Part shown: positions 1 through 10,329 of the stretch, piece by piece
Numbering within the stretch: position 1 is the stretch's first letter
How the letters are laid out: each line of letters begins with the position of its first letter
Source of the DNA: a virus
IMG/VR virus record: IMGVR_UViG_3300035698_022762
Span: 16,389 to 80,388 of that record
Strand: one strand, 5' to 3'
DNA length: 64,000 nucleotides
The notes under the pieces: generated by a model
What the model saw: only the letters and a program-made list of their open reading frames with translations
What the model was told of the DNA's origin: nothing
The model's database searches: none
Translations under genes and position numbers: made by a program

Positions 1-125
1 CTTTAGATTGGGCAAAACCTAAATCTGAAAGTATAAATAAAGATATAAATGAATGGTTAGAGTTTTTGAACTACGATCTTTATGATTTAAAGACTTTAAA
101 AGAATTAATAAAATTGGACTAATTT

Positions 126-923
126 ATGCCAGCTAATCTAGACACAATAACACCTATTAATTACAATCCTCTTGATCCTTATCATCACAGTTATGATAAT
201 GCACCTTTAAATAAAATAGTTGAAAGACAGTCTCTCATCAACATAGCTGTCAATCAAAACACCAACGACATTAGAACTTCTGCTGGTACTTCTGGAAGTT
301 TGAACAACAGATTGTCCCAATCCATTGCTGACAATGGTTCGCTAAAAGTAGCAGCCGTAAACAGTATTCTTCACAACATAGCTCACCATGCCGATGGTGT
401 TATAAATATATCGGGTACCGATATTTCTTTTGTAAGAATGAAGAAAGACGAAAGAGACAAATTAGAATTAATAGCCAGTGAAGCAACTGGAATGGCTTTA
501 ACTGTAGTTGGCATATCTGAAACTGTAGAGTTTGAAGATGAAACTATAACACTTCAAGGAACTAATACTGTAAGTTGGGAAATAGAATCGCCATCAACAT
601 TAAAAGCACATTTAGCATTTCCTGCTTCTGCTGCTCATTCCCACCATTATAATATTGATCCTGTTATGGTTTCTAGTTACACGGATTACAAAACTACATC
701 TGTCGCAACAGCATTTGTAAGTGGTTCTTTAAGAGTTTACATAAATGGAACCCGTATACACACAACGGATACCGTTTATGTCCCTGATAGTACGGGACCA
801 GATGGAACATGGACGTTAACGAAAATAGCATCTGAAACGCCTATATCTGGTTTATTTAGCTTGAATAGAGCTATTACCGTCAATGATATAATAAAAATTG
901 ATTTTGATGAAAGCTTAGTTTAA
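126..923 (+). CDS. Putative virion structural protein
   Basis: 265 aa, S/T/N-rich; C-terminal SLRVYINGTR beta-strand motif typical of phage structural proteins; lies among structural genes. Confidence 0.5.
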   Translation: MPANLDTITPINYNPLDPYHHSYDNAPLNKIVERQSLINIAVNQNTNDIRTSAGTSGSLNNRLSQSIADNGSLKVAAVNSILHNIAHHADGVINISGTDISFVRMKKDERDKLELIASEATGMALTVVGISETVEFEDETITLQGTNTVSWEIESPSTLKAHLAFPASAAHSHHYNIDPVMVSSYTDYKTTSVATAFVSGSLRVYINGTRIHTTDTVYVPDSTGPDGTWTLTKIASETPISGLFSLNRAITVNDIIKIDFDESLV

Positions 924-929
924 TTAAAA

Positions 930-1478
930 ATGGAAAATTTAAATTTTGGATTTGTTGTATTGTGTCCTGAACACAATATTAGTTGTTTGAAAAGCACTGT
1001 CCGTCACATGAAAAATCGCTCTAAGAACGCATCTATAATTGCAGTTACCGATGATAGCGTGAAAAAAGATCAACTAAAAGAAATGGAAACCATATGTCCT
1101 GTTTACGTAGGAGGTAAAACTATTACTTCTTTAATAAATAAAGGAATGGAAAAAGGTCATGATGAATGGAACATCTTTGTCGTGGCGGGTGCCTTTATTC
1201 CTTATGGTATAAAAAGAAAATATTCTTTGTTTTGCGAAAACGAAAAGGACATATTGTTCCCACTAGCGTTTGAAAAAAATAGAAATGGCAGAATACAAAA
1301 TATGAATTCAGATTTCATAAATGCGACATTGAATGGATTAATGATTCATAAAGATACGTTCAAAAAAATAGGGTCGTTTTCAAACAATCCATTATGCTAT
1401 TCTAAAATGATATGGGCTGATCAGGCCATTGAACAAAAATGTAAATTTAAAGCTATATTAGGCATTAGAATTTGCTAA
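930..1478 (+). CDS. GT-A (GT2-like) fold protein, apparently degenerate
   Basis: FGFVVLCPEHN...IIAVTDDS...SLINKGME..DEWNIFVVAG follows the GT2 N-terminal pattern, but the DxD position is not conserved. Confidence 0.45.
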   Translation: MENLNFGFVVLCPEHNISCLKSTVRHMKNRSKNASIIAVTDDSVKKDQLKEMETICPVYVGGKTITSLINKGMEKGHDEWNIFVVAGAFIPYGIKRKYSLFCENEKDILFPLAFEKNRNGRIQNMNSDFINATLNGLMIHKDTFKKIGSFSNNPLCYSKMIWADQAIEQKCKFKAILGIRIC

Positions 1479-1990
1479 ATTAAATCATAAACAAAAGACC
1501 ATCTACAATGCTTTTGTTTACAGCCAGAATCCACTTCATTTAAATATTTAAACAATTCTTCCCAACCTGAAAACATGAATTCTAATGGGATGAATCCATA
1601 ATACCAAACAGGGATATTTCTTTTATCATCAGAAACGAGAAGTGTAGGCTTTTTCGCATTAGAAGAAGTTATGATCTCATGGTGAGTACCAGTCGTGGGG
1701 ATTCTGTGTGGTAAATAAGCTATTATAAAATCGCTTCTGTCTACCATGCATAAATCTTTGCGGACAAAAGAAGTGGCAATTTCTTTTATTTTACCATAAT
1801 CTTTTTCTTCTTTTGCTTTTGTAATTTCTATAGTCTTTTTTTGTTTGGGATCATCAGAAGGATCAAACAAGCTAATTGAATATTCATTTCTCAATGTGTC
1901 AACTACGTTTTTCCGCCAATTAGGATCAACACCTTCTGCATACTCTATTGGTGCAGACAAATAACATCTTTTTTTTGCTAAATAACCCAT
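1475..1990 (-). CDS. Nucleoside 2-deoxyribosyltransferase / (d)NMP N-glycosidase family protein
   Basis: CYLSAP, LFDP, DLCMVDRSDFIIAYL and TTGTHHE motifs, with the putative catalytic Glu. Confidence 0.7.
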   Translation of the reverse strand: MGYLAKKRCYLSAPIEYAEGVDPNWRKNVVDTLRNEYSISLFDPSDDPKQKKTIEITKAKEEKDYGKIKEIATSFVRKDLCMVDRSDFIIAYLPHRIPTTGTHHEIITSSNAKKPTLLVSDDKRNIPVWYYGFIPLEFMFSGWEELFKYLNEVDSGCKQKHCRWSFVYDLI

Positions 1991-2044
1991 AAAATGCCTT
2001 TTTTATACTACTTTAGTAAGAATTGTACATAAAAGGAGCATTGC

Positions 2045-2725
2045 ATGTCAAATAAATTTTTAGAGAAGATAGAAGAAATTACAAAAAACGAGGTTGTAGA
2101 CCGTCACAGTTATTTTCAATTGAAATATTTCATAATTGGCAAAGAACCAACAATTCAATCAAAACTATGGAGATGTGTGCGAGAATTGCAATCTAGAAAA
2201 GAAAGCATAAATTCTTTAAAAAACGAAATAGAAAATGGACATGATGAGAACGACCTATTAGAAATAGAAATAGATGAATTAAAAGAGAACATGGAAAATT
2301 GCAAAAGAATAAATGATCTGAAAACTCCAAAAAAAATAGAAATAAAAATAAGAAAAGCCAATAGACGACTTAAAATGAATGAAGAAAATTTGGCCAATTT
2401 GGAAAAAAAGATTAAATATGTAGAAGAAGAAGCTGAATTCATTGCACAATCTTTTGAATCTATTAAGGAAATAACAAAAGAAGAATTGTTGCCATTTGAT
2501 GATTTTGAATCTCAAACATCATATTGGAATGAAAAACTAAAACAAGAATTGAATTTAAGAAGTCTACTTGGATTAACACTAGATACAGAGTTAGTAAAAA
2601 CAGTTTTGTCATTAAAAGACGGAACCCCTATTAAAGATCAAACTGTAGATTTGTTGGAAAACATGCAGAAAAATTTATTTAAAAATAATAGAAGTTTAAT
2701 ATTGAAAGAACATAAAGATGAGTAG
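2045..2725 (+). CDS. Hypothetical coiled-coil protein
   Basis: 226 aa, E/K-rich heptad segment; AAGGAG RBS. Confidence 0.6.
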   Translation: MSNKFLEKIEEITKNEVVDRHSYFQLKYFIIGKEPTIQSKLWRCVRELQSRKESINSLKNEIENGHDENDLLEIEIDELKENMENCKRINDLKTPKKIEIKIRKANRRLKMNEENLANLEKKIKYVEEEAEFIAQSFESIKEITKEELLPFDDFESQTSYWNEKLKQELNLRSLLGLTLDTELVKTVLSLKDGTPIKDQTVDLLENMQKNLFKNNRSLILKEHKDE

Positions 2726-3719
2726 GATATCAAGTCTTGATGTTGGATACGAAACTGGCGATTTGTCAGTATATCCAGAAGCATTAGACGATAAAGAAAT
2801 ATTATACGAAGCAAAAAACAATGCTAAAACAACATTAAAACAAGCATTGTCTTATAATGCGAAATTTATAATTGTAGATGATGCATCTTCTTTTCCAGAA
2901 AAAGGATTAATTAGAATAGGATCAAACAATGTAAATGGAAATTATGAATTAATATATTATGGTTCTCGAACAGGAACGGTTTTTAAAAATCTATTGCGTG
3001 GTTTTGCTGGTTCTAAACAAAATACTTGGTCTAAAAAAAATGATGAAGGAACAATATATGTTTCCAACTCTGTAATGGCAGAACATCACAATGCCATAAA
3101 AGATGCAATAATTAATATAGAAAACAATTTAGGAATTAATGTTTTTCCAGATGCGACATCTTTAAATGGAATTTTAAAAGAATTAGAAGTTACTCATCTA
3201 GCTCCTAAAGCATTGTTCAGAGCTTACCCCCTTAAATCTCCAAGTGGAACAACAATTAGTTTTCAAAAATTATCAAGCGGAAATGTAGTGAGATATCTTT
3301 GGGATTTTGGAGATGGGACAACTTCTATTGAACGAAATCCAACACATACATATCAATCAGAAGGTATATATACAGTAAAACTAAATGTAATTACAGAAAC
3401 TGGCTCACAAGGAGTGACTGTAAAATCAAATTATATAACTATCAATGACGCAGAAAAACTCCCTTTTTTTTATGCGTCTGTAGATGCGGATGATCCAAAC
3501 ACTTATCACTTTATTGACCAAACGGATGGAGAAATAACACAACGATTTTGGGTTTTTGATGATGGAACAAATGAAAACATAATTGATCCAGATGTTCATT
3601 CTACTACTCACACATATACGCAAAGTGGAACATACAATCCTTCCTTGATACTTTTATTCTCGAACCAGAGCTTGAAAAGAGTATTTTTATCTAACCCTAC
3701 TTCTATAATAATATCATGA
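2718..3719 (+). CDS. Virion structural protein with two PKD domains
   Basis: YLWDFGDGTTS..NPTHTY and FWVFDDGT..THTYTQSG PKD motifs; N-terminal AEHHN domain shared with the next two genes. Confidence 0.75.
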   Translation: MSRISSLDVGYETGDLSVYPEALDDKEILYEAKNNAKTTLKQALSYNAKFIIVDDASSFPEKGLIRIGSNNVNGNYELIYYGSRTGTVFKNLLRGFAGSKQNTWSKKNDEGTIYVSNSVMAEHHNAIKDAIINIENNLGINVFPDATSLNGILKELEVTHLAPKALFRAYPLKSPSGTTISFQKLSSGNVVRYLWDFGDGTTSIERNPTHTYQSEGIYTVKLNVITETGSQGVTVKSNYITINDAEKLPFFYASVDADDPNTYHFIDQTDGEITQRFWVFDDGTNENIIDPDVHSTTHTYTQSGTYNPSLILLFSNQSLKRVFLSNPTSIIIS

Positions 3720-6007
3720 CTGTTACAAATTATCCAAACCAAATAGATAGCAATGATAACCTATATGAGACACATGACGCTTTAAGGGTTCGTTTATTAG
3801 AGGATTATTCTCCGGGTGATGTGTCTATCAGTATAGAAGGCAATAACTCTAATTTTCCTAGTGCCGGTATTATTACGCTAACCGAACAAAATAGCGATAT
3901 TGACAAAAGAGCATTGAGTTTTACTTATACAGGAAAAACAGATTCATCCTTTACAGGGTTAGAATTGCTGCCTAATTTTACAGACGTAGTTAAATTTAAA
4001 ACCATAACCAATATAACGCAAAATGTTATGGCTGAACACCACAACATTCTAAAAGATGCTCTTATTGCAATAGAAGACTTTATAGGAGTTAAAGGTACCA
4101 TCGATTTAGTACCGGGCGGGGCAACACTGGAAGGTAGAATAAATTTTCTTAGAAAAATGGTTCTGACTCCTAGAGCGTGGTTTACTTCTGATAAAAAAAT
4201 CGGGATCATCCCTTTAGAAGTTGTATTCACAGATAAATCTATTAGGTTAGGTGAAGGTGATGTAACATACATATGGGATTTTGGTGATCAAACTGCATCT
4301 AATGTTTCTGTATATTCTACTATTGAAGCTTACAGCGTAGTACCAACAGAAAGTCCAAACTTTATCGTAAAAGATTTAGACGGTGGATCAATTAAGAAAA
4401 GATTTGACAGACCCGGAGTTTACGATGTCTCTCTAAATGTAAAAAATCAATACGGTGAAGATACAGTCGAATTCAAAAGTATGATTGAGGCAAGAGTAGA
4501 AGCCCCAAATGAAGCACAAATAGATATCACAGCAAAATCTAGCCAAATTGTGTCTTCGGGAGATACTTCACCTGTTTTCGATAGATTAGGAACGAAAGCT
4601 GGTGGTCCTTTTGCAACGCCGCCTACTATTAGATCGAAAACTAATACCTTTATCGATCTAGAAGTCCCTGTAGGGACTCTCGTGGCAGGTACAACGGGTT
4701 TTCCCGGAAGGTCTTATTCAGGAGAGCTATACAGCACAGACGACGGCACAACGCCATTAGACCCTATAGAATCTTATACATGGTCTTTGAGTGATGACTT
4801 GGCTCATGGCACTTCCAATGCAGCTAGAGCCTCTTATTCAATTGGCGGAATCTACGACATAAAACTAAGAGCAGATACGTCATTTGGTTCTTATAGAATT
4901 ACCACATATGAGAACAGTATAGACATAATAGAAAATAGAAATTTATGGTTGTTTAACTACGCCACCACATCAACCATAAAAGGTCACGAATTTGGTCTTA
5001 ATAGTGAAACATTTAAAACTGCTGATAAGACTCAAGTATTGAGTAGAGATGATAGCTTCCTAGATGGAACTGGTGATGAAACTAGAGCGAAAAGAGAATT
5101 TGAGAGAAATACTGGATTTGCAGTTAGAGGAACTACTAATTCAGGAAACAAAGGCACTTCTATTATGACATGGGCAGAAGGGGGTTCTACACTTTCATCA
5201 CAGACAACGGCTTTGATAGAGTACGAAGGATTTAGCGATATCGTCACCGAGCATAATACAGAAGCAAACAATTTGTCAAGACCTTGGAATTGGGCTTTTT
5301 TAAGTTCGGGAGAAAAAGCATATTATGTTTTAGGTCCAGACGAAAACGAACCTTCTAATGAAAATCCTATAAATGAAACTAAACATACATTAAATCTATC
5401 TTCCAGTTTCACAGTAACAAGCACACAACTTAAAATAGACAATTATAAAAACGGTGCGGAAGAAATAAGGGACAATATTACAGAAAATTATGTTGCAGGC
5501 GAGCCTACTACTGGAAGATTTTCTGTGTATAGAACCGCATGGAAAGATCAATCCGGTTATATTTTAAGAAACAGTGGCGTTGGAGATTTTTTCCGATTAA
5601 GAAACTTCTACAAAACAGAAGGTACTGTAGTGGAGCCTTTTGTCAATATTACAAAATTAACAGATATGCCGGGAGTAACAAAAAAAGAAGGACAGTTGGT
5701 TGCATTGGTGAATGGATTGTTTTTCTTTAATAACTCTGGAAGTGTTTCGGCTTTTAACGATACATCTATGTCATGGGAAACAGGAACAGTGTCTGCAATT
5801 GCTTTTAGAGGGGTGCAAAATACTTCAACATCCAATTTTGATAATGAAGAAAACACTTTACTAGCTGCTAGTGACAATGAACGAACAGCTTATTTAAGTT
5901 TCGATTACAATACGAGTGTGTTTATAAAGTACAACGGAACAGATAATACTTTTTCAAGTATAGGAACTAGACCAACAGGAACGCAATTTATTATGGGAGT
6001 GTATTAA
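3716..6007 (+). CDS. Virion structural protein with PKD domain (tail/baseplate-like)
   Basis: 763 aa; YIWDFGD PKD motif, AEHHN domain, beta-rich C-terminus; ATGA-coupled to the upstream gene. Confidence 0.7.
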   Translation: MTVTNYPNQIDSNDNLYETHDALRVRLLEDYSPGDVSISIEGNNSNFPSAGIITLTEQNSDIDKRALSFTYTGKTDSSFTGLELLPNFTDVVKFKTITNITQNVMAEHHNILKDALIAIEDFIGVKGTIDLVPGGATLEGRINFLRKMVLTPRAWFTSDKKIGIIPLEVVFTDKSIRLGEGDVTYIWDFGDQTASNVSVYSTIEAYSVVPTESPNFIVKDLDGGSIKKRFDRPGVYDVSLNVKNQYGEDTVEFKSMIEARVEAPNEAQIDITAKSSQIVSSGDTSPVFDRLGTKAGGPFATPPTIRSKTNTFIDLEVPVGTLVAGTTGFPGRSYSGELYSTDDGTTPLDPIESYTWSLSDDLAHGTSNAARASYSIGGIYDIKLRADTSFGSYRITTYENSIDIIENRNLWLFNYATTSTIKGHEFGLNSETFKTADKTQVLSRDDSFLDGTGDETRAKREFERNTGFAVRGTTNSGNKGTSIMTWAEGGSTLSSQTTALIEYEGFSDIVTEHNTEANNLSRPWNWAFLSSGEKAYYVLGPDENEPSNENPINETKHTLNLSSSFTVTSTQLKIDNYKNGAEEIRDNITENYVAGEPTTGRFSVYRTAWKDQSGYILRNSGVGDFFRLRNFYKTEGTVVEPFVNITKLTDMPGVTKKEGQLVALVNGLFFFNNSGSVSAFNDTSMSWETGTVSAIAFRGVQNTSTSNFDNEENTLLAASDNERTAYLSFDYNTSVFIKYNGTDNTFSSIGTRPTGTQFIMGVY

Positions 6008-6015
6008 ATAGATAT

Positions 6016-8652
6016 ATGGCAGTTGCATTTCCACCTATTGTTTCTTTTCCTTTAGCTATCGACACTGACAGAACGCTATACCTCGTGTATAACACATCAG
6101 AAGCCAAACTAACACAAGCGAACGACCCTTGGGCGGAAGAAATAGCAATTACACCAGTTGCAAGCGATGCGGCAGAACAATGGAGCGAAAATGGTTTTGC
6201 TAATTTAGACGGGGAGCTTTTTTATTACGACTCTGTTGATAAAGATTCAAATGGAAAAATTGATACTCTAAAACAATGTGCTAGAAATTTAGGTGGCACA
6301 AAAACTCATTATAACGCATCGGATAAAATAGTTAGAGGATTTGTTGTAGCAGAGCATCACAATCAACTAGCTGACGCTGTAATAAATATAGAACAATTTA
6401 TCGGAGAAACGTCATCTATAAACGAAAACACTTTAGATTGGCGTATCAGAAATCTAGAAGAAGAAACAGTTTGCATAGACGATATTGGATGTCCAGATGT
6501 TATTTTCAGATTTGAAGAAGACACTGTTGAATCCAATAATTGCGAAGGAACAGTGATTAGATATGAAGCTACTATTACTGGCTCTTTTAATTTTTTCAGA
6601 ATAGATTTTGGAGATGGAAATTTCACAACTACTGAACAAATTGGCACACATAAATATGGCGTAAATTCTACTATTGATCCGATTATAACTATTTCTAATG
6701 ATAAGTGTCAAGTTATACAAACACCCATTGTTAGAGAAAATTCAGAAGAACCACAAATTCCTGCGGAACAAGAAGAATTTAGCATACCTATACCAGCATT
6801 GCCAGATTTTGCTCCTGTAGTTATACCAGAATTACAAATACCAGAAACTACATTTACTACGCCTCCAATAATTACACCTTGTTTGGACATAGGATTAACA
6901 GGACCAATTGAAATTCCAACAAAAATAGATATTGTACCACCTATTCCTAGTTTGATTACTTTGTTGCCTACAATTCCTAGTACTATTACTATAATTGACA
7001 ATATTCCTTCATTAATTTCAATAGACGGGCCTGACATCCCTTCATCTATCTCAATTAATGATCCCAATATTCCTTCGCTTATTTCAATTAGTGATCTAAA
7101 CATCCCTTCTGTAATAAGCATAGATCATGATATTCCGATATCGATTGACGTTATTGCTGATATTCCTTCAACTATATCTTTGATTACGCCAGATCAAATA
7201 TCCTTGATTGGATCAGTTATATCGGTCGAATCATTGATCATACCAGATATCCCAAATATATCTCTGATTGTGCCGACCATAGATGATATATCTTTAATTG
7301 TTCCTGCAATTAATGACATATCATTGATAGTTCCTATTATCAGTGATATATCAATAATTCCTCCTATACTCAGTGATATATCAATTATTGCTCCTGTCAT
7401 TAACGACATATCAATAGTTGCACCAACCATCAATGATATATCATTAATAGTTCCAGAATTTGGTGATATATCGTTGATAGTCCCTACGATTCCAGACATA
7501 AACGTTTCTATTCCTGCTTTTAATGATATTTCTCTTATAGTCCCATCGTTTGAAGACATTTCCTTGGTAGTGCCTGTGATGTCCAATATATCTTTAATAG
7601 CAAATATATCATCTATAGATTTAGATAGTAGCGGCTTGCCGTCTGAAATATCTCTTATAAACGCTCTTGGATTGTCTGAAATTTCGATTGTGCATAGTAT
7701 TCCATCAGTGATTTCAGTTTCTGGTGATACTATAGATTTAGATACAAGTAGTCTGCCATCTGAAATATCTCTTATAGATGCAACAGATTTATCAATCATT
7801 AGTTTAATAGATGCAACAGAACTTTCTGTTATCAGTTTGATAAACGCAACAGATTTGTCAACTATTAATTTGGTGGACGCTACTGAACTTTCTGTTGTTA
7901 GTTTAATAAATTCAACTGGTTTGTCTTCAATAAGCATTGATTGGTCCCCTGTGCCAGAAGTATCTGTTGAGTGGGGAACTCCACCCACTTTGTCTTGTGT
8001 GGTGACTGTAAGTTGTTCTGGTGCGTCGGCATTAAAAAATAATGCTAAAGGACTTTCTAAATCCCAAAGAGTCAATTCTTTGATGAATGACGAAGAATTT
8101 ATAGATACGTTGTTTGACGAAGAAGCAATACAAGTAGAGTTTGCAGATATGCCAATTCCTTCTGAAATCAAGGTCGTAGTACCAGAGTTTGATACCATAG
8201 AAGTGGTGCATGACATACCTACAGAAATAATAATAAACGCTAGTGCTATTCCTAGTGTAATAGAATTAAGGTCAACAATAAACATTCCAGAAGAAATAAT
8301 GTTGACTCACTCATTGCCTGAGTACATTGAGTTGAAAAACGATTTGCCAAAATCTATTGAACTTGACACGTCTGGATTACCAGACACAATATTATTAGAA
8401 TTGATTAATACAATTCCATCGCAAATAGAAATTATTGGAATGGTCAATGAAATCAAAGTAACAGGCATTCCTTCTACCATTGAATTAAACGGTACTCTGC
8501 CATCGGTTATCGACATTAATGTTCCAGATGGTTTGGAAATACCTTTAGTTTATAAAGGTTCACCAATTCCAATAAAATTTGACGAAAATGCATTTAAAAA
8601 TGAAGATGGTGAAGATTTACCATGCTTCGCTATTATACCTTGCAAAAGATGA
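6016..8652 (+). CDS. Virion structural protein with PKD-like domain and a long I/P/S/D-rich repeat shaft
   Basis: 878 aa; AEHHN domain, IDFGDG motif, dozens of 10-11-aa repeats such as DISLIVPxI and SEISLIDATDL. Confidence 0.65.
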   Translation: MAVAFPPIVSFPLAIDTDRTLYLVYNTSEAKLTQANDPWAEEIAITPVASDAAEQWSENGFANLDGELFYYDSVDKDSNGKIDTLKQCARNLGGTKTHYNASDKIVRGFVVAEHHNQLADAVINIEQFIGETSSINENTLDWRIRNLEEETVCIDDIGCPDVIFRFEEDTVESNNCEGTVIRYEATITGSFNFFRIDFGDGNFTTTEQIGTHKYGVNSTIDPIITISNDKCQVIQTPIVRENSEEPQIPAEQEEFSIPIPALPDFAPVVIPELQIPETTFTTPPIITPCLDIGLTGPIEIPTKIDIVPPIPSLITLLPTIPSTITIIDNIPSLISIDGPDIPSSISINDPNIPSLISISDLNIPSVISIDHDIPISIDVIADIPSTISLITPDQISLIGSVISVESLIIPDIPNISLIVPTIDDISLIVPAINDISLIVPIISDISIIPPILSDISIIAPVINDISIVAPTINDISLIVPEFGDISLIVPTIPDINVSIPAFNDISLIVPSFEDISLVVPVMSNISLIANISSIDLDSSGLPSEISLINALGLSEISIVHSIPSVISVSGDTIDLDTSSLPSEISLIDATDLSIISLIDATELSVISLINATDLSTINLVDATELSVVSLINSTGLSSISIDWSPVPEVSVEWGTPPTLSCVVTVSCSGASALKNNAKGLSKSQRVNSLMNDEEFIDTLFDEEAIQVEFADMPIPSEIKVVVPEFDTIEVVHDIPTEIIINASAIPSVIELRSTINIPEEIMLTHSLPEYIELKNDLPKSIELDTSGLPDTILLELINTIPSQIEIIGMVNEIKVTGIPSTIELNGTLPSVIDINVPDGLEIPLVYKGSPIPIKFDENAFKNEDGEDLPCFAIIPCKR
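6920..7935 (+). repeat. Degenerate 30-33-nt coding tandem repeats (10-11-aa period)
   Basis: IPSLISI, DISLIVP and ISLIDATEL units recur; the DNA copies have diverged at synonymous sites. Confidence 0.75.
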
Positions 8653-9524
8653 TAATAAAAAAACATTCAAACAGAAACGATTATTTGCTAGCAAATGATA
8701 CTTGGGTGCGAGATTTCACAAAGGAATCTGTGCCATTTATAGATTTAAATAAAAACCTAATCCCTTCTGATGATTTTCAATTGGTTTACAAAAATGAATT
8801 TAAAAATAATAAAGAAAAATATCCTAATTTTGATACAGAAAATTTTTATTATAAAAATATTTTAATAGTATCAGACGGATTTGATTTTAAAAACAAACAT
8901 AAAGTTTTATCGTCTCTACCATCTGATGTGAAAGTTTTAGCTGTAAACAATGCGCTTAAATATTGGGAGTTAGTTGGAGACAATTGTCCCGAAGAAGAAA
9001 AAAAAGCAATATTGTTTTATATAGTGAACAATCCTTATGAAGAATGCAATAATTTTTTTCCTTTGAAGAATCGTTATTGGCCTAGATGTATAGCATCTAC
9101 CAGAACAAACCATTCTTTTTTGAAAAATTATAAAAACAACAAATACATTTATTCTCCAATCAACACTTCAAGCTATTCTGGCCCTAATGTTTCATATAAT
9201 CACAAAATAGACGATTATAGAAATCCCATATGTGCAGCTATATCTATCGCATATTATTTTGGAGTCGAAAATTTATTTTTGTTTGGTTGTGATAATTGTT
9301 TTACAGAAAACAGACCTTATAGTGAGGAAACCATAAATGGTTTTAGAAGCTATCCGCAACAAATAAAGTCTTATAATTTGATAGATGCAAATTTATATTG
9401 GATGAAAAATAAAAAAATTAATATAGGATATCATAGTTCTGGAATTAAGTTTGAAAATGCTTCATATATAAATTTAGAAGACATAAACACATTCTTTAAG
9501 GAAAGAAAAGATGATATCGGTTAG
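8649..9524 (+). CDS. MAF_flag10/DUF115-like Rossmann glycosyltransferase-fold protein
   Basis: NILIVSDG, KVLAVNNA and AAISIAYYFGVENLFLFGCD pattern; likely start is the ATG overlapping the upstream stop. Confidence 0.5.
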   Translation: MIIKKHSNRNDYLLANDTWVRDFTKESVPFIDLNKNLIPSDDFQLVYKNEFKNNKEKYPNFDTENFYYKNILIVSDGFDFKNKHKVLSSLPSDVKVLAVNNALKYWELVGDNCPEEEKKAILFYIVNNPYEECNNFFPLKNRYWPRCIASTRTNHSFLKNYKNNKYIYSPINTSSYSGPNVSYNHKIDDYRNPICAAISIAYYFGVENLFLFGCDNCFTENRPYSEETINGFRSYPQQIKSYNLIDANLYWMKNKKINIGYHSSGIKFENASYINLEDINTFFKERKDDIG

Positions 9525-9804
9525 CAATTTTAGAAAATGGATGAATGAAAACAGGGACGAAGATTACAACCTTACTTTAAAAAAGCCTAAAAGTAATTTA
9601 ATAGGACTAGAAGTTGAATCTAAACTTGATAGAAGCAAATTAGTAGAGAAGTTGTCTATGAAAGAAGGAACAGATTCCGATTTAATAGCGGAAGACTTCT
9701 GTGAAAACAACGGCAAAATAATTGAAGTTATAGACAAAACTTTTTTAATCGAAGTCGATAGTGGCGTATTTAGCATCAAACGATGTCATGTTAGAAAAGC
9801 TTAA
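9511..9804 (+). CDS. Small protein with N-terminal FxxWxNE motif (putative internal head protein)
   Basis: MISVSNFRKWMNE start; CATATATA motif at 9463. Confidence 0.5.
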   Translation: MISVSNFRKWMNENRDEDYNLTLKKPKSNLIGLEVESKLDRSKLVEKLSMKEGTDSDLIAEDFCENNGKIIEVIDKTFLIEVDSGVFSIKRCHVRKA

Positions 9805-10178
9805 TTTTTACGTCTTATCATTGTTTTCTTTTGGTCTTTTTTTAAATCTATTTTTGGATTATCTATATCTGATTTGTTTTTGACAAACTTTTGTTTAGAA
9901 AACTTATACTTATTACCTGAATGTAAAGGCAAATTTCTATAGCCACGTTTTTTCAAAGAATCAACTAGATCATTGTAAGATTCCGCACCTTCAAACCACG
10001 GCTCCCACAACATGCGATTATCATATATTTCTTTTTCTATAGGTTTTTCAAGATGTTCTGGCAGATTAAGTGTAGACAAATCATTTATTTTTGTTGCTGG
10101 AAATTCCTTCCCCGGAAACGTCGTTAGAACTTTGATCCCCTTTTTGTCCCTTTTTGCCAGATAAAGATAATACTTCAT
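9801..10178 (-). CDS. Hypothetical protein
   Basis: Open frame; likely start MKYYLYLAKR at 10178. Confidence 0.55.
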   Translation of the reverse strand: MKYYLYLAKRDKKGIKVLTTFPGKEFPATKINDLSTLNLPEHLEKPIEKEIYDNRMLWEPWFEGAESYNDLVDSLKKRGYRNLPLHSGNKYKFSKQKFVKNKSDIDNPKIDLKKDQKKTMIRRKN

Positions 10179-10329
10179 TTTTTTCAAATTTTCCTTCAAA
10201 AATAATTTTAAATGCTTCTTCTAAAACTAATTTAGTACAGTCGTCCCAATTGCCAAATTGATTACAAAAATCAACTAACGATTGTTTGCCTTTTTGAATA
10301 TCGGTTTTACTTAAATTATTATTAGTCAT
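10081..10329 (-). CDS. Hypothetical protein
   Basis: 82-aa ORF; its 3' part overlaps the next gene. Confidence 0.35.
   Translation of the reverse strand: MTNNNLSKTDIQKGKQSLVDFCNQFGNWDDCTKLVLEEAFKIIFEGKFEKNEVLSLSGKKGQKGDQSSNDVSGEGISSNKNK

Noticed and set aside
6708-8516. Long minus-strand ORFs (such as 7194-8285) opposite the repeat protein
   Set aside because: Antisense shadow frames caused by the low-complexity I/S/D/P codons.
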